Assembly: GCA_046758705.1 (NCBI GenBank)
Contig: JBHIAT010000040.1
Span: forward strand, 1 to 23,789
Source: Candidatus Bipolaricaulia bacterium
GTDB taxonomy: Bacteria; Bipolaricaulota; Bipolaricaulia; JBHIAT01
Direction of reading: 5' to 3'
DNA length: 23,789 bases
Positions 1 to 6,552 of the stretch are shown here, in pieces. A model generated the notes under the pieces. It worked only from the letters and a program-made list of their open reading frames with translations, was not told the DNA's origin and searched no databases. Both the position numbers and the translations under genes were made by a program. Within the stretch, counting starts at the first letter, position 1; each line of letters begins with the position of its first letter.

Positions 1-109
1 CGGACGATCTGGGCGATCTCACCGAGGGAGAAGCCTTGATGAGACAGGAGGACCAGGTGAGCGCACTGGCGGACGCGCCGCTTGGGATGGTGGTGGTACG
101 CTTGGCTCT

Positions 110-598
110 TTGGGATTAATCGACATCATCGACCCGGTGAGTTGGACCGTGGTGCATTGGATTGATGTGGGAAAGACTAGCCAGGGACACCCACTGACCC
201 GTGAGGGCATCAGTTACTTCAATGGCCAGGTCTATCTTCTGCCCGAAGACGGCCCCAACTCGGAGGTGTTGATCTATCAACCGGCTCTCACCCCTGTACC
301 GCCTACAACAACACTTGCACCTCCAAAACCCATTGTGATAGACACAGACATGGCTGTTGATGACTGGGTGGCCATTCTTTACCTTTTGCAACGATCCGAC
401 GTAGCTGTAGAAGCGATTACTGTGACTGTGACTGGGGCGAAGAGGTGTTCTTGGACACCCTCAATGGCCGAGTTCCTTAGAAAGTTAGATGTCCTGTTGG
501 CCGAGGAACTGTCGATGGCTGGTGCCGGCGAAGCGACCCGTAAGCTGAGGAACGGAGGATGTAGCCGGTCGCTCTTACAGAAAGCCTTTTCGTTTTAG
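110..598 (+). pseudogene. Probable gene remnant: unknown domain + Pro/Thr linker + N-terminal ~38 aa of an inosine/uridine-preferring nucleoside hydrolase, truncated
   Basis: KPIVIDTDMAVDDWVAILYLLQRSDVAVEAITV (nt ~326-439) matches the IU-NH N-terminal DxDxxxDD motif. Similarity stops at ~440. The frame is open from nt 2, so the 5' end may lie outside the window. The 3' tail overlaps relE convergently. Confidence 0.5.
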
Positions 599-883
599 CT
601 CCTTGTAAAACTCGTCATCACCACGTTTCCCTATCCAATAGATGATAACCAGCTTCTTGTCATCATTGACTTCATAGTAGATCCGGTATTCCCCGCTATC
701 CACGCGATAGCCTTCGCCGATCGGTTTGCAATCTTGAGGACGGGGTTCGGACTGCAGGGAGAAGACCTTCAGGGTTATCTGCCTATAGACTTTTGCAGGG
801 TATCTCTGTGGGTTTCCAAGCTCTTTAATAACTCGATCATCTACCAAGAACCTATATGGTCCCCTGGCCTTCGCTTTCCTCAC
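575..883 (-). CDS. relE: Type II toxin, RelE/ParE family
   Basis: 102 aa basic protein with PRPQDCK..GYRVDSGEYRIYYEVND..LVIIYWIGKR. GTG start with GAGG upstream. Overlaps the 3' end of the antitoxin gene. Confidence 0.9.
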   Translation of the reverse strand: MRKAKARGPYRFLVDDRVIKELGNPQRYPAKVYRQITLKVFSLQSEPRPQDCKPIGEGYRVDSGEYRIYYEVNDDKKLVIIYWIGKRGDDEFYKELKRKGFL

Positions 884-1157
884 TCAGCTCTAACCTCTCT
901 CCATAAAGCCGCTCGTATTGATTGACAAGTTCTTCAAAAGGGACAAGACTCTTGGAGGACTCCTTCGCCGCTTTAAGCAGAGCAGCATCGCGTTCATCCT
1001 CAAACCTCTCCAACACGCGAAGGTCCTCCAGCGAGATGAGAGCAGCGACCGGCTTGTCGCGCCGCTCGATGATCACTCGCTCCTTGAGATAAATCACACG
1101 AGCGAGCAGATCTCCTATCTGATTCCTAAGTGCGGTCGCTCCGACTTTGACAGTCAT
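852..1157 (-). CDS. Type II antitoxin, Phd/YefM family
   Basis: N-terminus VGATALRNQIGDLLARV..ERVIIERRDKPVAALISLEDL is the Phd/YefM signature. Acidic C-terminus. SD AGGGGGAAGG upstream. Lies upstream of the toxin. Confidence 0.9.
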   Translation of the reverse strand: MTVKVGATALRNQIGDLLARVIYLKERVIIERRDKPVAALISLEDLRVLERFEDERDAALLKAAKESSKSLVPFEELVNQYERLYGERLELSEESEGQGTI

Positions 1158-1172
1158 CTGCCTTCCCCCTTA

Positions 1173-1199
1173 TTATAGTAATTGGTGCAATTATTATAA
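1173..1199. promoter_or_regulatory. Probable antitoxin operator (inverted repeat)
   Basis: TTATAGTAATTG-gtg-CAATTATTATAA: 12-bp arms with 1 mismatch, overlapping the -10 and start region of the TA promoter. Confidence 0.7.
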
Positions 1200-1221
1200 C
1201 TCACCCCTCCCTCAATGTCAA
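1193..1221 (-). promoter_or_regulatory. Sigma70-type promoter of the TA operon
   Basis: Minus strand TTGACA (1221-1216), 17-nt spacer, TATAAT (1198-1193): perfect consensus. Confidence 0.85.
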
Positions 1222-1260
1222 CCCCGTGCCTAGAATTCTGGCTTCGCCCGATCGCCGTCG

Positions 1261-1289
1261 TTGAAGCGATCTGAAGACTGTGCTATAAT
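1261..1289 (+). promoter_or_regulatory. Promoter of the tRNA/SRP RNA operon
   Basis: TTGAAG (1261-1266), 17 nt, TATAAT (1284-1289) with extended -10 TG; 50 nt upstream of the first tRNA. Confidence 0.75.
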
Positions 1290-1339
1290 GATCCTGCCGG
1301 TTGGCATACGAGGATGACAAGGGTTGTCGCATCCAGACC

Positions 1340-1426
1340 GGAGGGATGACCGAATGGCAAGGAGCCGGTCTCGAAAACCGGTAAGGCCGCAAGGCCCTCT
1401 GGGTTCGAATCCCAGTCCCTCCGCCA
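1340..1426 (+). tRNA. tRNA-Ser(CGA)
   Basis: Acceptor GGAGGGA/TCCCTCC, G discriminator, encoded CCA. Anticodon arm CCGGT-CTCGAAA-ACCGG. Long variable arm GGCC-GCAA-GGCC. T arm CTGGG-TTCGAAT-CCCAG. Confidence 0.97.
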
Positions 1427-1434
1427 AGATAAGA

Positions 1435-1520
1435 CAGTTAAAAGGTTGGAAAGTTAAAAAGTTAGCAAGTTAAAAGACTTTAAAACTTTTCAACTTTTGG
1501 AACTTTAAACTTTTAAACTG
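1435..1520. repeat. AT-rich inverted array of 8-nt units (NNAAAGTT ... AACTTTNN), empty copy of the element flanking the four-helix-bundle gene
   Basis: CAGTT-AAAAGGTT-GGAAAGTT-AAAAAGTT-AGCAAGTT-AAAAGACTTT-AAAACTTT-TCAACTTT-TGGAACTT-TAAACTTT-TAAACTG. Ends are CAGTT/AACTG. Nt 1445-1490 match 1716-1761 at 45/46 positions. Confidence 0.9.
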
Positions 1521-1528
1521 ACTTGCTT

Positions 1529-1604
1529 GCGCCTGTAGCTCAGGGGACAGAGCGTCGGACTGCGGATCCGAAGGCCGGAGGTTCAAATCCTCCCAGGCGT
1601 ACCA
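1529..1604 (+). tRNA. tRNA-Arg(GCG)
   Basis: Acceptor GCGCCTG/CAGGCGT + A + CCA. D arm GCTC/GAGC. Anticodon arm TCGGA-CTGCGGA-TCCGA. T arm GGAGG-TTCAAAT-CCTCC. Confidence 0.96.
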
Positions 1605-1611
1605 GTGACTT

Positions 1612-1702
1612 GGAGGGGTGGGTGAGCGGTCGAAGCCACCGGTCTGGAGAACCGGTGAAGTCCTTGTGGCTTCCGTGGGTTCAAATCCCACCCCCTCCGC
1701 CA
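1612..1702 (+). tRNA. tRNA-Ser(GGA)
   Basis: Acceptor GGAGGGG/CCCCTCC + G + CCA. Anticodon arm CCGGT-CTGGAGA-ACCGG. Long variable arm GAAGTC/GGCTTC. T arm GTGGG-TTCAAAT-CCCAC. Confidence 0.96.
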
Positions 1703-1767
1703 AAACAGTTGGAAAGTTGGAAAGTTAAAAAGTTAGCAAGTTAAAAGATTTTAAAACTTTTAAACTG
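1702..1767. repeat. Left repeat arm of the four-helix-bundle cassette (8-nt periodic units)
   Basis: AAAACAGTT-GGAAAGTT-GGAAAGTT-AAAAAGTT-AGCAAGTT-AAAAGATTTTAAAACTTTTAAACTG. Confidence 0.9.
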
Positions 1768-1771
1768 AATT

Positions 1772-2152
1772 GTGGCCAAGATAGGAAGGTTCGAGGAGAT
1801 CGAGGGATGGAAACTATCGAGAGAGTTGGTAAGAATGGTGTATAACCTGACTCAAGGAACTCCCTTTGCCCAAGATTATGGATTAAAGGATCAGATTCAA
1901 AGAGCGGCTGTATCGACCATGTCTAACATCGCTGAAGGGTTCGAGAGGAACTCTACGAAAGAGTTCATCCAATCCCTTTATGTCGCTCGCGGTTCTGTAG
2001 CAGAGGTCAGAAGTTTATTGTATGTGGCTTCCGATCTGGGATATATTGCACCTGAGGACTTTGCTGAGGTTTTTAACCAAGCGGAGGAAACGTCGAAAAC
2101 GATCTTTGGATTCATCAAATATTTATCGGCCAAAGACTTTAAAACTTTTTGA
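1772..2152 (+). CDS. Four helix bundle protein (23S rRNA intervening-sequence protein / S23-like, Avd-related fold)
   Basis: 126 aa with the family pattern RFEEIEGW..SRELV..VY..T....DYGLKDQIQRAAVSTMSNIAEGFER.STKEF...LYVARGSVAEVRSLLYVA.DLGYI. GTG start with no obvious SD. Confidence 0.92.
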   Translation: MAKIGRFEEIEGWKLSRELVRMVYNLTQGTPFAQDYGLKDQIQRAAVSTMSNIAEGFERNSTKEFIQSLYVARGSVAEVRSLLYVASDLGYIAPEDFAEVFNQAEETSKTIFGFIKYLSAKDFKTF

Positions 2153-2190
2153 CTTTTGAACTTTTGAACTTTTGAACTTTTAACTGTTTT
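2132..2190. repeat. Right repeat arm of the four-helix-bundle cassette (inverted 8-nt units)
   Basis: AAAGACTTTAAAACTTTT-TGA-(CTTTTGAA)x3-CTTTTAACTGTTTT. The terminal AACTGTTTT is the exact reverse complement of AAAACAGTT at 1702-1710. Confidence 0.9.
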
Positions 2191-2192
2191 AT

Positions 2193-2466
2193 AGGCCTGT
2201 GCTAGGTGGGGAGCTAGCGGTACCCTGTACTCGCAAACCGCTATAGCGAGACCGAACGGCGCCTGAGAGGTAGTGCCATAGGGGACTGCCTCGGATAAGC
2301 GGCGATGACGGTTGAGCCCTCTACGGCGAACGTCCATGAACCCCGTCAGGCCCGGAAGGGAGCAGCGGTAAGTGAACCTCTTCGGGTGTTAGAGGATTTC
2401 TTGGCCTGAGCTGGCTGTCCGGGTTCCGCCCGGTGGTACGCCCCGAAGGTGACCTCGCACAGGCCT
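2193..2466 (+). ncRNA. ffs: Signal recognition particle RNA, large (Alu-domain) bacterial type
   Basis: The 5' AGGCCTGTGC pairs with the 3' GCACAGGCCT. The 5' Alu-like GCTAGGTGGGGAGCTAGCGGTACCCTGTACTCGCAAACCGCTATAGCGAG resembles Bacillus scRNA. Helix-8 motif GTCAGGCCCGGAAGGGAGCAGC. Followed by a T-tract. Confidence 0.93.
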
Positions 2467-2499
2467 TCGCTTTTTTCCTTATCCTTATCACGATCACGA

Positions 2500-3525
2500 T
2501 TACTGTCGAATTTGGGGCTGTTTGACCGGTGGCAGGTTCAGATCGACATGATGACAGCGGACGAAATGGTTCGGCATCACTTCGACAAGGTCTGGAAGCC
2601 GCCGGGAGCAGATTTGATCCGCCAGGCTACAACGGGGGTGATAGGCACAGCCACTTGGTGGGTTCATCGGGCTCGGAATCTCACCGCCCCGACTTTGCTT
2701 GATCGGCTTCGCTTGTCGTTCGGCTTCGGAGATAACCGGGACGGCTGAAATCAATGTTCGCGTATAGGGGTGGAGGGGGGTGGTGAACAGGTCCTCCGTC
2801 GCGGCCAGCTCATAAATCCGCCCGACGTACATGACAGCGGTCCGACTGACCACTGTACGCATCAAGCTCAGGTCATGAGATATGAAAAGATAGGATAGCT
2901 GGAGCTCGGTTTGAAGATACTTTAAAAGCCGGATGATCTTGGCTTGGACCGATACGTCCAGAGCCGAGGTCGGCTCATCGAGGACGATAAAAGAGGGGTT
3001 CAGGGCCAGAGCCCGAGCTATGGCCACTCGCTGACGCTGCCCTCCACTCAGTGCGGATGGATATTTGTACATATAGCTGGGTGGGAGTTCGACCATTCGA
3101 AGGAGATCTGCCACGACCTTCTTGCGATCACGCCTGTTTTTAGCAATTTTATGCACGATTAGCGGCTCTTCAAGCGTGCTTTTGACGCTTCGACGCGGAT
3201 TAAGGGACGACTTGGGGTCTTGAAATACCATTTGGACCTCTTTCTTGAACAGGCCCAAGTCCTTCCCCGTCAGCTTGATCACATCGGTCCCATTAAACCG
3301 AATGGTCCCACGGGTTGGCGTGTGGATCTTGGCCAAGATCTTGCCGATCGTGGATTTTCCGGAACCTGATTCACCGACCAAGCCGAAGATTTCACCACTT
3401 TTGATCTCGAAGCTAACGCCTTCGACGGCTCTGACCTCTCCGATCTGTCGTTGGAAGAGTCCAACCCGTACCGGAAAGTGCTTGACCAAGTTCTCAACGA
3501 CGAGCAGGGGCTCATCCATTCTCAT
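2500..3525 (-). CDS. Oligopeptide/dipeptide ABC transporter ATP-binding protein (OppF/DppF-like)
   Basis: Walker A GESGSGKS, LSGGQRQR, LDEPT, HPYT and a C-terminal Cys motif. Start moved from 3585 to the ATG at 3525, which has an AGGGG SD and overlaps the upstream gene's end. Confidence 0.93.
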   Translation of the reverse strand: MRMDEPLLVVENLVKHFPVRVGLFQRQIGEVRAVEGVSFEIKSGEIFGLVGESGSGKSTIGKILAKIHTPTRGTIRFNGTDVIKLTGKDLGLFKKEVQMVFQDPKSSLNPRRSVKSTLEEPLIVHKIAKNRRDRKKVVADLLRMVELPPSYMYKYPSALSGGQRQRVAIARALALNPSFIVLDEPTSALDVSVQAKIIRLLKYLQTELQLSYLFISHDLSLMRTVVSRTAVMYVGRIYELAATEDLFTTPLHPYTRTLISAVPVISEAERQAKPIKQSRGGEIPSPMNPPSGCAYHPRCSLADQICSRRLPDLVEVMPNHFVRCHHVDLNLPPVKQPQIRQ

Positions 3526-4540
3526 GCTGATCCCCTGGTTCGGTATAGAGATAACATGCGACATAGTGATCGGGTTCGATCTCAATCAGGGGCGGCTTTT
3601 TTTGTGAGCAGATGGGCATGACATGATCACAACGCGGATTGAAGCGACATCCTGATGGAGCCGCCGTGTAATCAGGGACCATCCCCTGAACCCCCTCGGC
3701 AACCGCCTCACCGGTGAGGCGGGGGACAGAGGCGAGCAGCCCTTGTGTATAGGGATGCTTGGGGTTCTCGAACAGGGCACCCGTCGGCGCGGTTTCCATG
3801 ACCTGTCCGGCATACATAATATAGACTCGTTCGGTCATCTCCCCGATCACTCCAAGGTTGTGAGAGATCAGCAGCACGGAGATCATCCTGGTTTTGACCA
3901 GTTCATTCAGCAGATTCAGGATCTGGGCTTGGATGGTTACATCCAGGGCGGTCCCAGGTTCATCAGCGATGAGCAGTCTTGGCTCATTCACCAGGGCCAT
4001 GGCGATCAGCACCCGCTGGCGCATCCCTCCGCTGAGTTCTAACGGGTAACTGGTCATGATCCGCTGTGGGTCGGGAAGTCTGACCTCCTTCAATGCAGCC
4101 ACGGTTCTGTCATGGATCTCTTTCTTGGACAGCTTACCCTGGTGCTTGTGACTGAGTCTCTTTTGGGCAAACTGGATCACATCATGGAGCTGTTCGCCGA
4201 CGGTAAAAACGGGGTTGAGCGCGTTCATCGGATCTTGGAAGATCATCGAGATTTCGGTCCCTTTGGTTTGAAGGAGTTCTTTTTCAGACATCTTTAGGAC
4301 ATCCCGGCCGTTCAAGTGCACCTTACCCTGGATGGTTGCCGGGGGCGTTTTGAGCATCCCCATCACCGTCTTCATCGTGACCGTCTTGCCGCAACCGGTC
4401 TCTCCGGCCAATCCGATCCATTCTCCCTTAGCAACCTGAAGGGAGATACCATCGAGTACGCGAGAGATCCCTTCATAGCCTTGGAAACTGACGTAAAGAT
4501 CTCGGATATCGAGTGCAAGTGCATACTCGGCCTCGACCAT
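3512..4540 (-). CDS. Oligopeptide/dipeptide ABC transporter ATP-binding protein (OppD/DppD-like)
   Basis: [47 protein letters not shown]. Confidence 0.95.
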   Translation of the reverse strand: MVEAEYALALDIRDLYVSFQGYEGISRVLDGISLQVAKGEWIGLAGETGCGKTVTMKTVMGMLKTPPATIQGKVHLNGRDVLKMSEKELLQTKGTEISMIFQDPMNALNPVFTVGEQLHDVIQFAQKRLSHKHQGKLSKKEIHDRTVAALKEVRLPDPQRIMTSYPLELSGGMRQRVLIAMALVNEPRLLIADEPGTALDVTIQAQILNLLNELVKTRMISVLLISHNLGVIGEMTERVYIMYAGQVMETAPTGALFENPKHPYTQGLLASVPRLTGEAVAEGVQGMVPDYTAAPSGCRFNPRCDHVMPICSQKKPPLIEIEPDHYVACYLYTEPGDQHENG

Positions 4541-5446
4541 CTAAGCTCCCTCCACTTCGACGTCAAGCATATCCCGCAACCCATCCCCCAACAGGTTAAA
4601 TCCCAAGATGACGAAGAAAATAGCCAGGCTCGGGAAGACCGTCATCCACCATTTCTCAGGAAGGTATCGGGATCCATAGGATATCATCGTGCCCAGACCG
4701 GGCTTGGGTGGCTGCACCCCCAATCCCAAGAAGCTCAGGCCGGCTCCGACTAAGATAACAAACCCTGCATCCAATGTGATCTTTACGATGATCGAAGATG
4801 CACAATTGGGAAGGATATCCTTGAACATGATTCGAACCGGGCTGGCACCGATCACCTGACTGGCTTGAACAAACTCTTCCGTTTTAACCGATCGAGTGAT
4901 GCCAGCGACCAAGCGACAGTGCCACGTCCACCAGATCGCAGCCACCGCCAACATCGCTTTGTCGATGGTCGGGGTGAACGCCGCCGTGATCGCCAGCGCC
5001 ATGACGAGTGCAGGGATGGCCAAGAAGATGTCAGTGGTGCGCATGATGATCGTTTCGATTTTTCCACCGAAATATCCGGCAATGAGACCGAGGGTGATCC
5101 CGAAAGGGACGCTGATCCCCAACACGACGGCTGCCAGCATCAATGAGATCCGGTAACCGAAGATGGTCCTTGTAAACAGATCTCTGCCGACGGCATCGGT
5201 CCCGAACCAATGGGCTCTGCTGGGCGGTTGAAACGCATTGGTGAGGTGTGTCGTCGCTCCAGCATCTTGGGGATAAGGGGTGACGTAAGGGGCTAAAATG
5301 GCCAAAAATACAACCAGGACGACCATCGAACCGCCAGCGAGCGAAATCGGGTTGCGATGGAATCGGTACCAAGCACGCCCGAGTCGCTCTTTGAGAATCA
5401 TCCACGGGCTCTCAGTGAGTTCTGACGTATGCTGAGCCGTTTCCAT
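4541..5446 (-). CDS. Oligopeptide/dipeptide ABC transporter permease (OppC/DppC-like)
   Basis: HWFGTDAVGRD, EAA-type loop FVQASQVIGAS, LSFLGLG, FNLLGDGLRD. Confidence 0.95.
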   Translation of the reverse strand: METAQHTSELTESPWMILKERLGRAWYRFHRNPISLAGGSMVVLVVFLAILAPYVTPYPQDAGATTHLTNAFQPPSRAHWFGTDAVGRDLFTRTIFGYRISLMLAAVVLGISVPFGITLGLIAGYFGGKIETIIMRTTDIFLAIPALVMALAITAAFTPTIDKAMLAVAAIWWTWHCRLVAGITRSVKTEEFVQASQVIGASPVRIMFKDILPNCASSIIVKITLDAGFVILVGAGLSFLGLGVQPPKPGLGTMISYGSRYLPEKWWMTVFPSLAIFFVILGFNLLGDGLRDMLDVEVEGA

Positions 5447-6471
5447 TAAGCCTCCCGCTCCCGTATCCGGATGCGCGGATCGATGTACCCGGCTAGCACA
5501 TCGACAATGAAGTTCACCACGACAAACGCGAGGCCGATAATGAGGACCACCCCCATAATCGCGTTAAAATCCTTCTGTAGGATGGAGCGTATCCCATAGC
5601 TGGCCAGTCCGGGCCAGGCGAACACCACTTCAACGAGGAACGCATTGCCCAGTTCTGAGGCGAACGTGAGCCCCAAGATGGTCAGTGGTGGGATGAAGGC
5701 CGGTTTGAGCATGTATTTAAACGTGACGGAGCGATTGGATATCCCGAACGCCCGAGCGGATTCAATGTAGTCCTTGCCTAGGACATCGCTCACGCTGGCA
5801 CGGGTCAGGCGGGTGATCTGGCCGATTCCGGTCATGGCCACGGCGAATGAGGGAAGCAGAATATGTTGCAGCGCATCTCCCAAGGCGGTAAAATTTCCGG
5901 CAATTAAGCTATCTACGAGGAGAAAGCCGGTTCGGGCTGGTGGTGGAGACGTCAGCAGACTCAAGCGTCCCGTCGTGGGGAGAACGTCCAGACCATAAGA
6001 GAAGACGAGTTGCCCGATGAGTCCAACGACGAAAGGTGGCACCGCCACCCCAATAAATGCCATGATCCGAGTCCCATTGTCTATCCAGCTGTCTTTATAA
6101 CGAGCCGATAAGGCACCCAGTGGAACACCGATCACCAATACCCAAAAGATCGCTACCGCAACCAGCTCAACGGTGGCCGGTAAAAAGTGGGCGATGTCGA
6201 GGAACACGTTCCGCCGGGTCTGAAACGACAGGCCAAAATCACCACGAAATATCCCCCCAATATAGGTCCAATACTGCAGAGGCAATGGCTTGTTCATCCC
6301 CATCTTTTCCCTGAGGTTGTCCACCTGTTCTTGAGATGCGAATGGACCCAATGCCAGACGGGCGGGATCGCCAGGCAGCAAGCGAGCGATGATGAATATC
6401 AGGATGGAGATCCCGATCAAAACCAGAACGGAGACCAACGCTCTTCGGATGAGGAAGTAAGAGAATTTCAT
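5446..6471 (-). CDS. Oligopeptide/dipeptide ABC transporter permease (OppB/DppB-like)
   Basis: LPGDPA, GDFGLS, DYIESARAFG, EVVFAWPGL, IDPRI. Confidence 0.95.
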   Translation of the reverse strand: MKFSYFLIRRALVSVLVLIGISILIFIIARLLPGDPARLALGPFASQEQVDNLREKMGMNKPLPLQYWTYIGGIFRGDFGLSFQTRRNVFLDIAHFLPATVELVAVAIFWVLVIGVPLGALSARYKDSWIDNGTRIMAFIGVAVPPFVVGLIGQLVFSYGLDVLPTTGRLSLLTSPPPARTGFLLVDSLIAGNFTALGDALQHILLPSFAVAMTGIGQITRLTRASVSDVLGKDYIESARAFGISNRSVTFKYMLKPAFIPPLTILGLTFASELGNAFLVEVVFAWPGLASYGIRSILQKDFNAIMGVVLIIGLAFVVVNFIVDVLAGYIDPRIRIREREA

Positions 6472-6495
6472 CCGCTTTCCCTGTTTATATTTGAA

Positions 6496-6526
6496 AGAGA
6501 GGAGGGGAAGACCCCCCCTCCTCTCT
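6496..6526 (-). terminator. Intercistronic stem-loop after the SBP gene (mRNA stabiliser or partial terminator)
   Basis: AGAGAGGAGGGG / CCCCTCCTCTCT, a perfect 12-bp stem between the SBP and the first permease. Only a weak U-tract. Confidence 0.6.
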
Positions 6527-6552
6527 CCGTTCTTTCCACTACGCCCGCGAGT

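Noticed and set aside
1201-1744. Short ORFs 1201-1392, 1230-1427, 1470-1703 and 1523-1744
   Set aside because: They overlap tRNA genes and repeats; MAEGxGFEP is the typical antisense-tRNA artefact.
1772-2152. Diversity-generating retroelement (Avd-like gene)
   Set aside because: No reverse transcriptase and no TR/VR pair with adenine-specific mismatches in the window; the BMP paralog differences are not A-specific.
1435-2190. CRISPR array interpretation of the repeats
   Set aside because: The units are 8-nt tandem and inverted, with no unique 30-40 nt spacers and no cas genes.
1978-2337. 119-aa minus-strand ORF
   Set aside because: Antisense to the four-helix-bundle gene, the repeat arm and the SRP RNA, with no recognisable motif.
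2477-2500. CCTTAT-CCTTAT-CACGAT-CACGAT hexamer doublets after the SRP RNA
   Set aside because: Too short to distinguish from slippage or chance; no matching att-like copy was seen elsewhere in the window.
3526-3585. Longer N-terminus for the OppF-like ATPase in the ORF track
   Set aside because: It would overlap the upstream gene by 74 nt; the ATG at 3525 has an SD and fits translational coupling.
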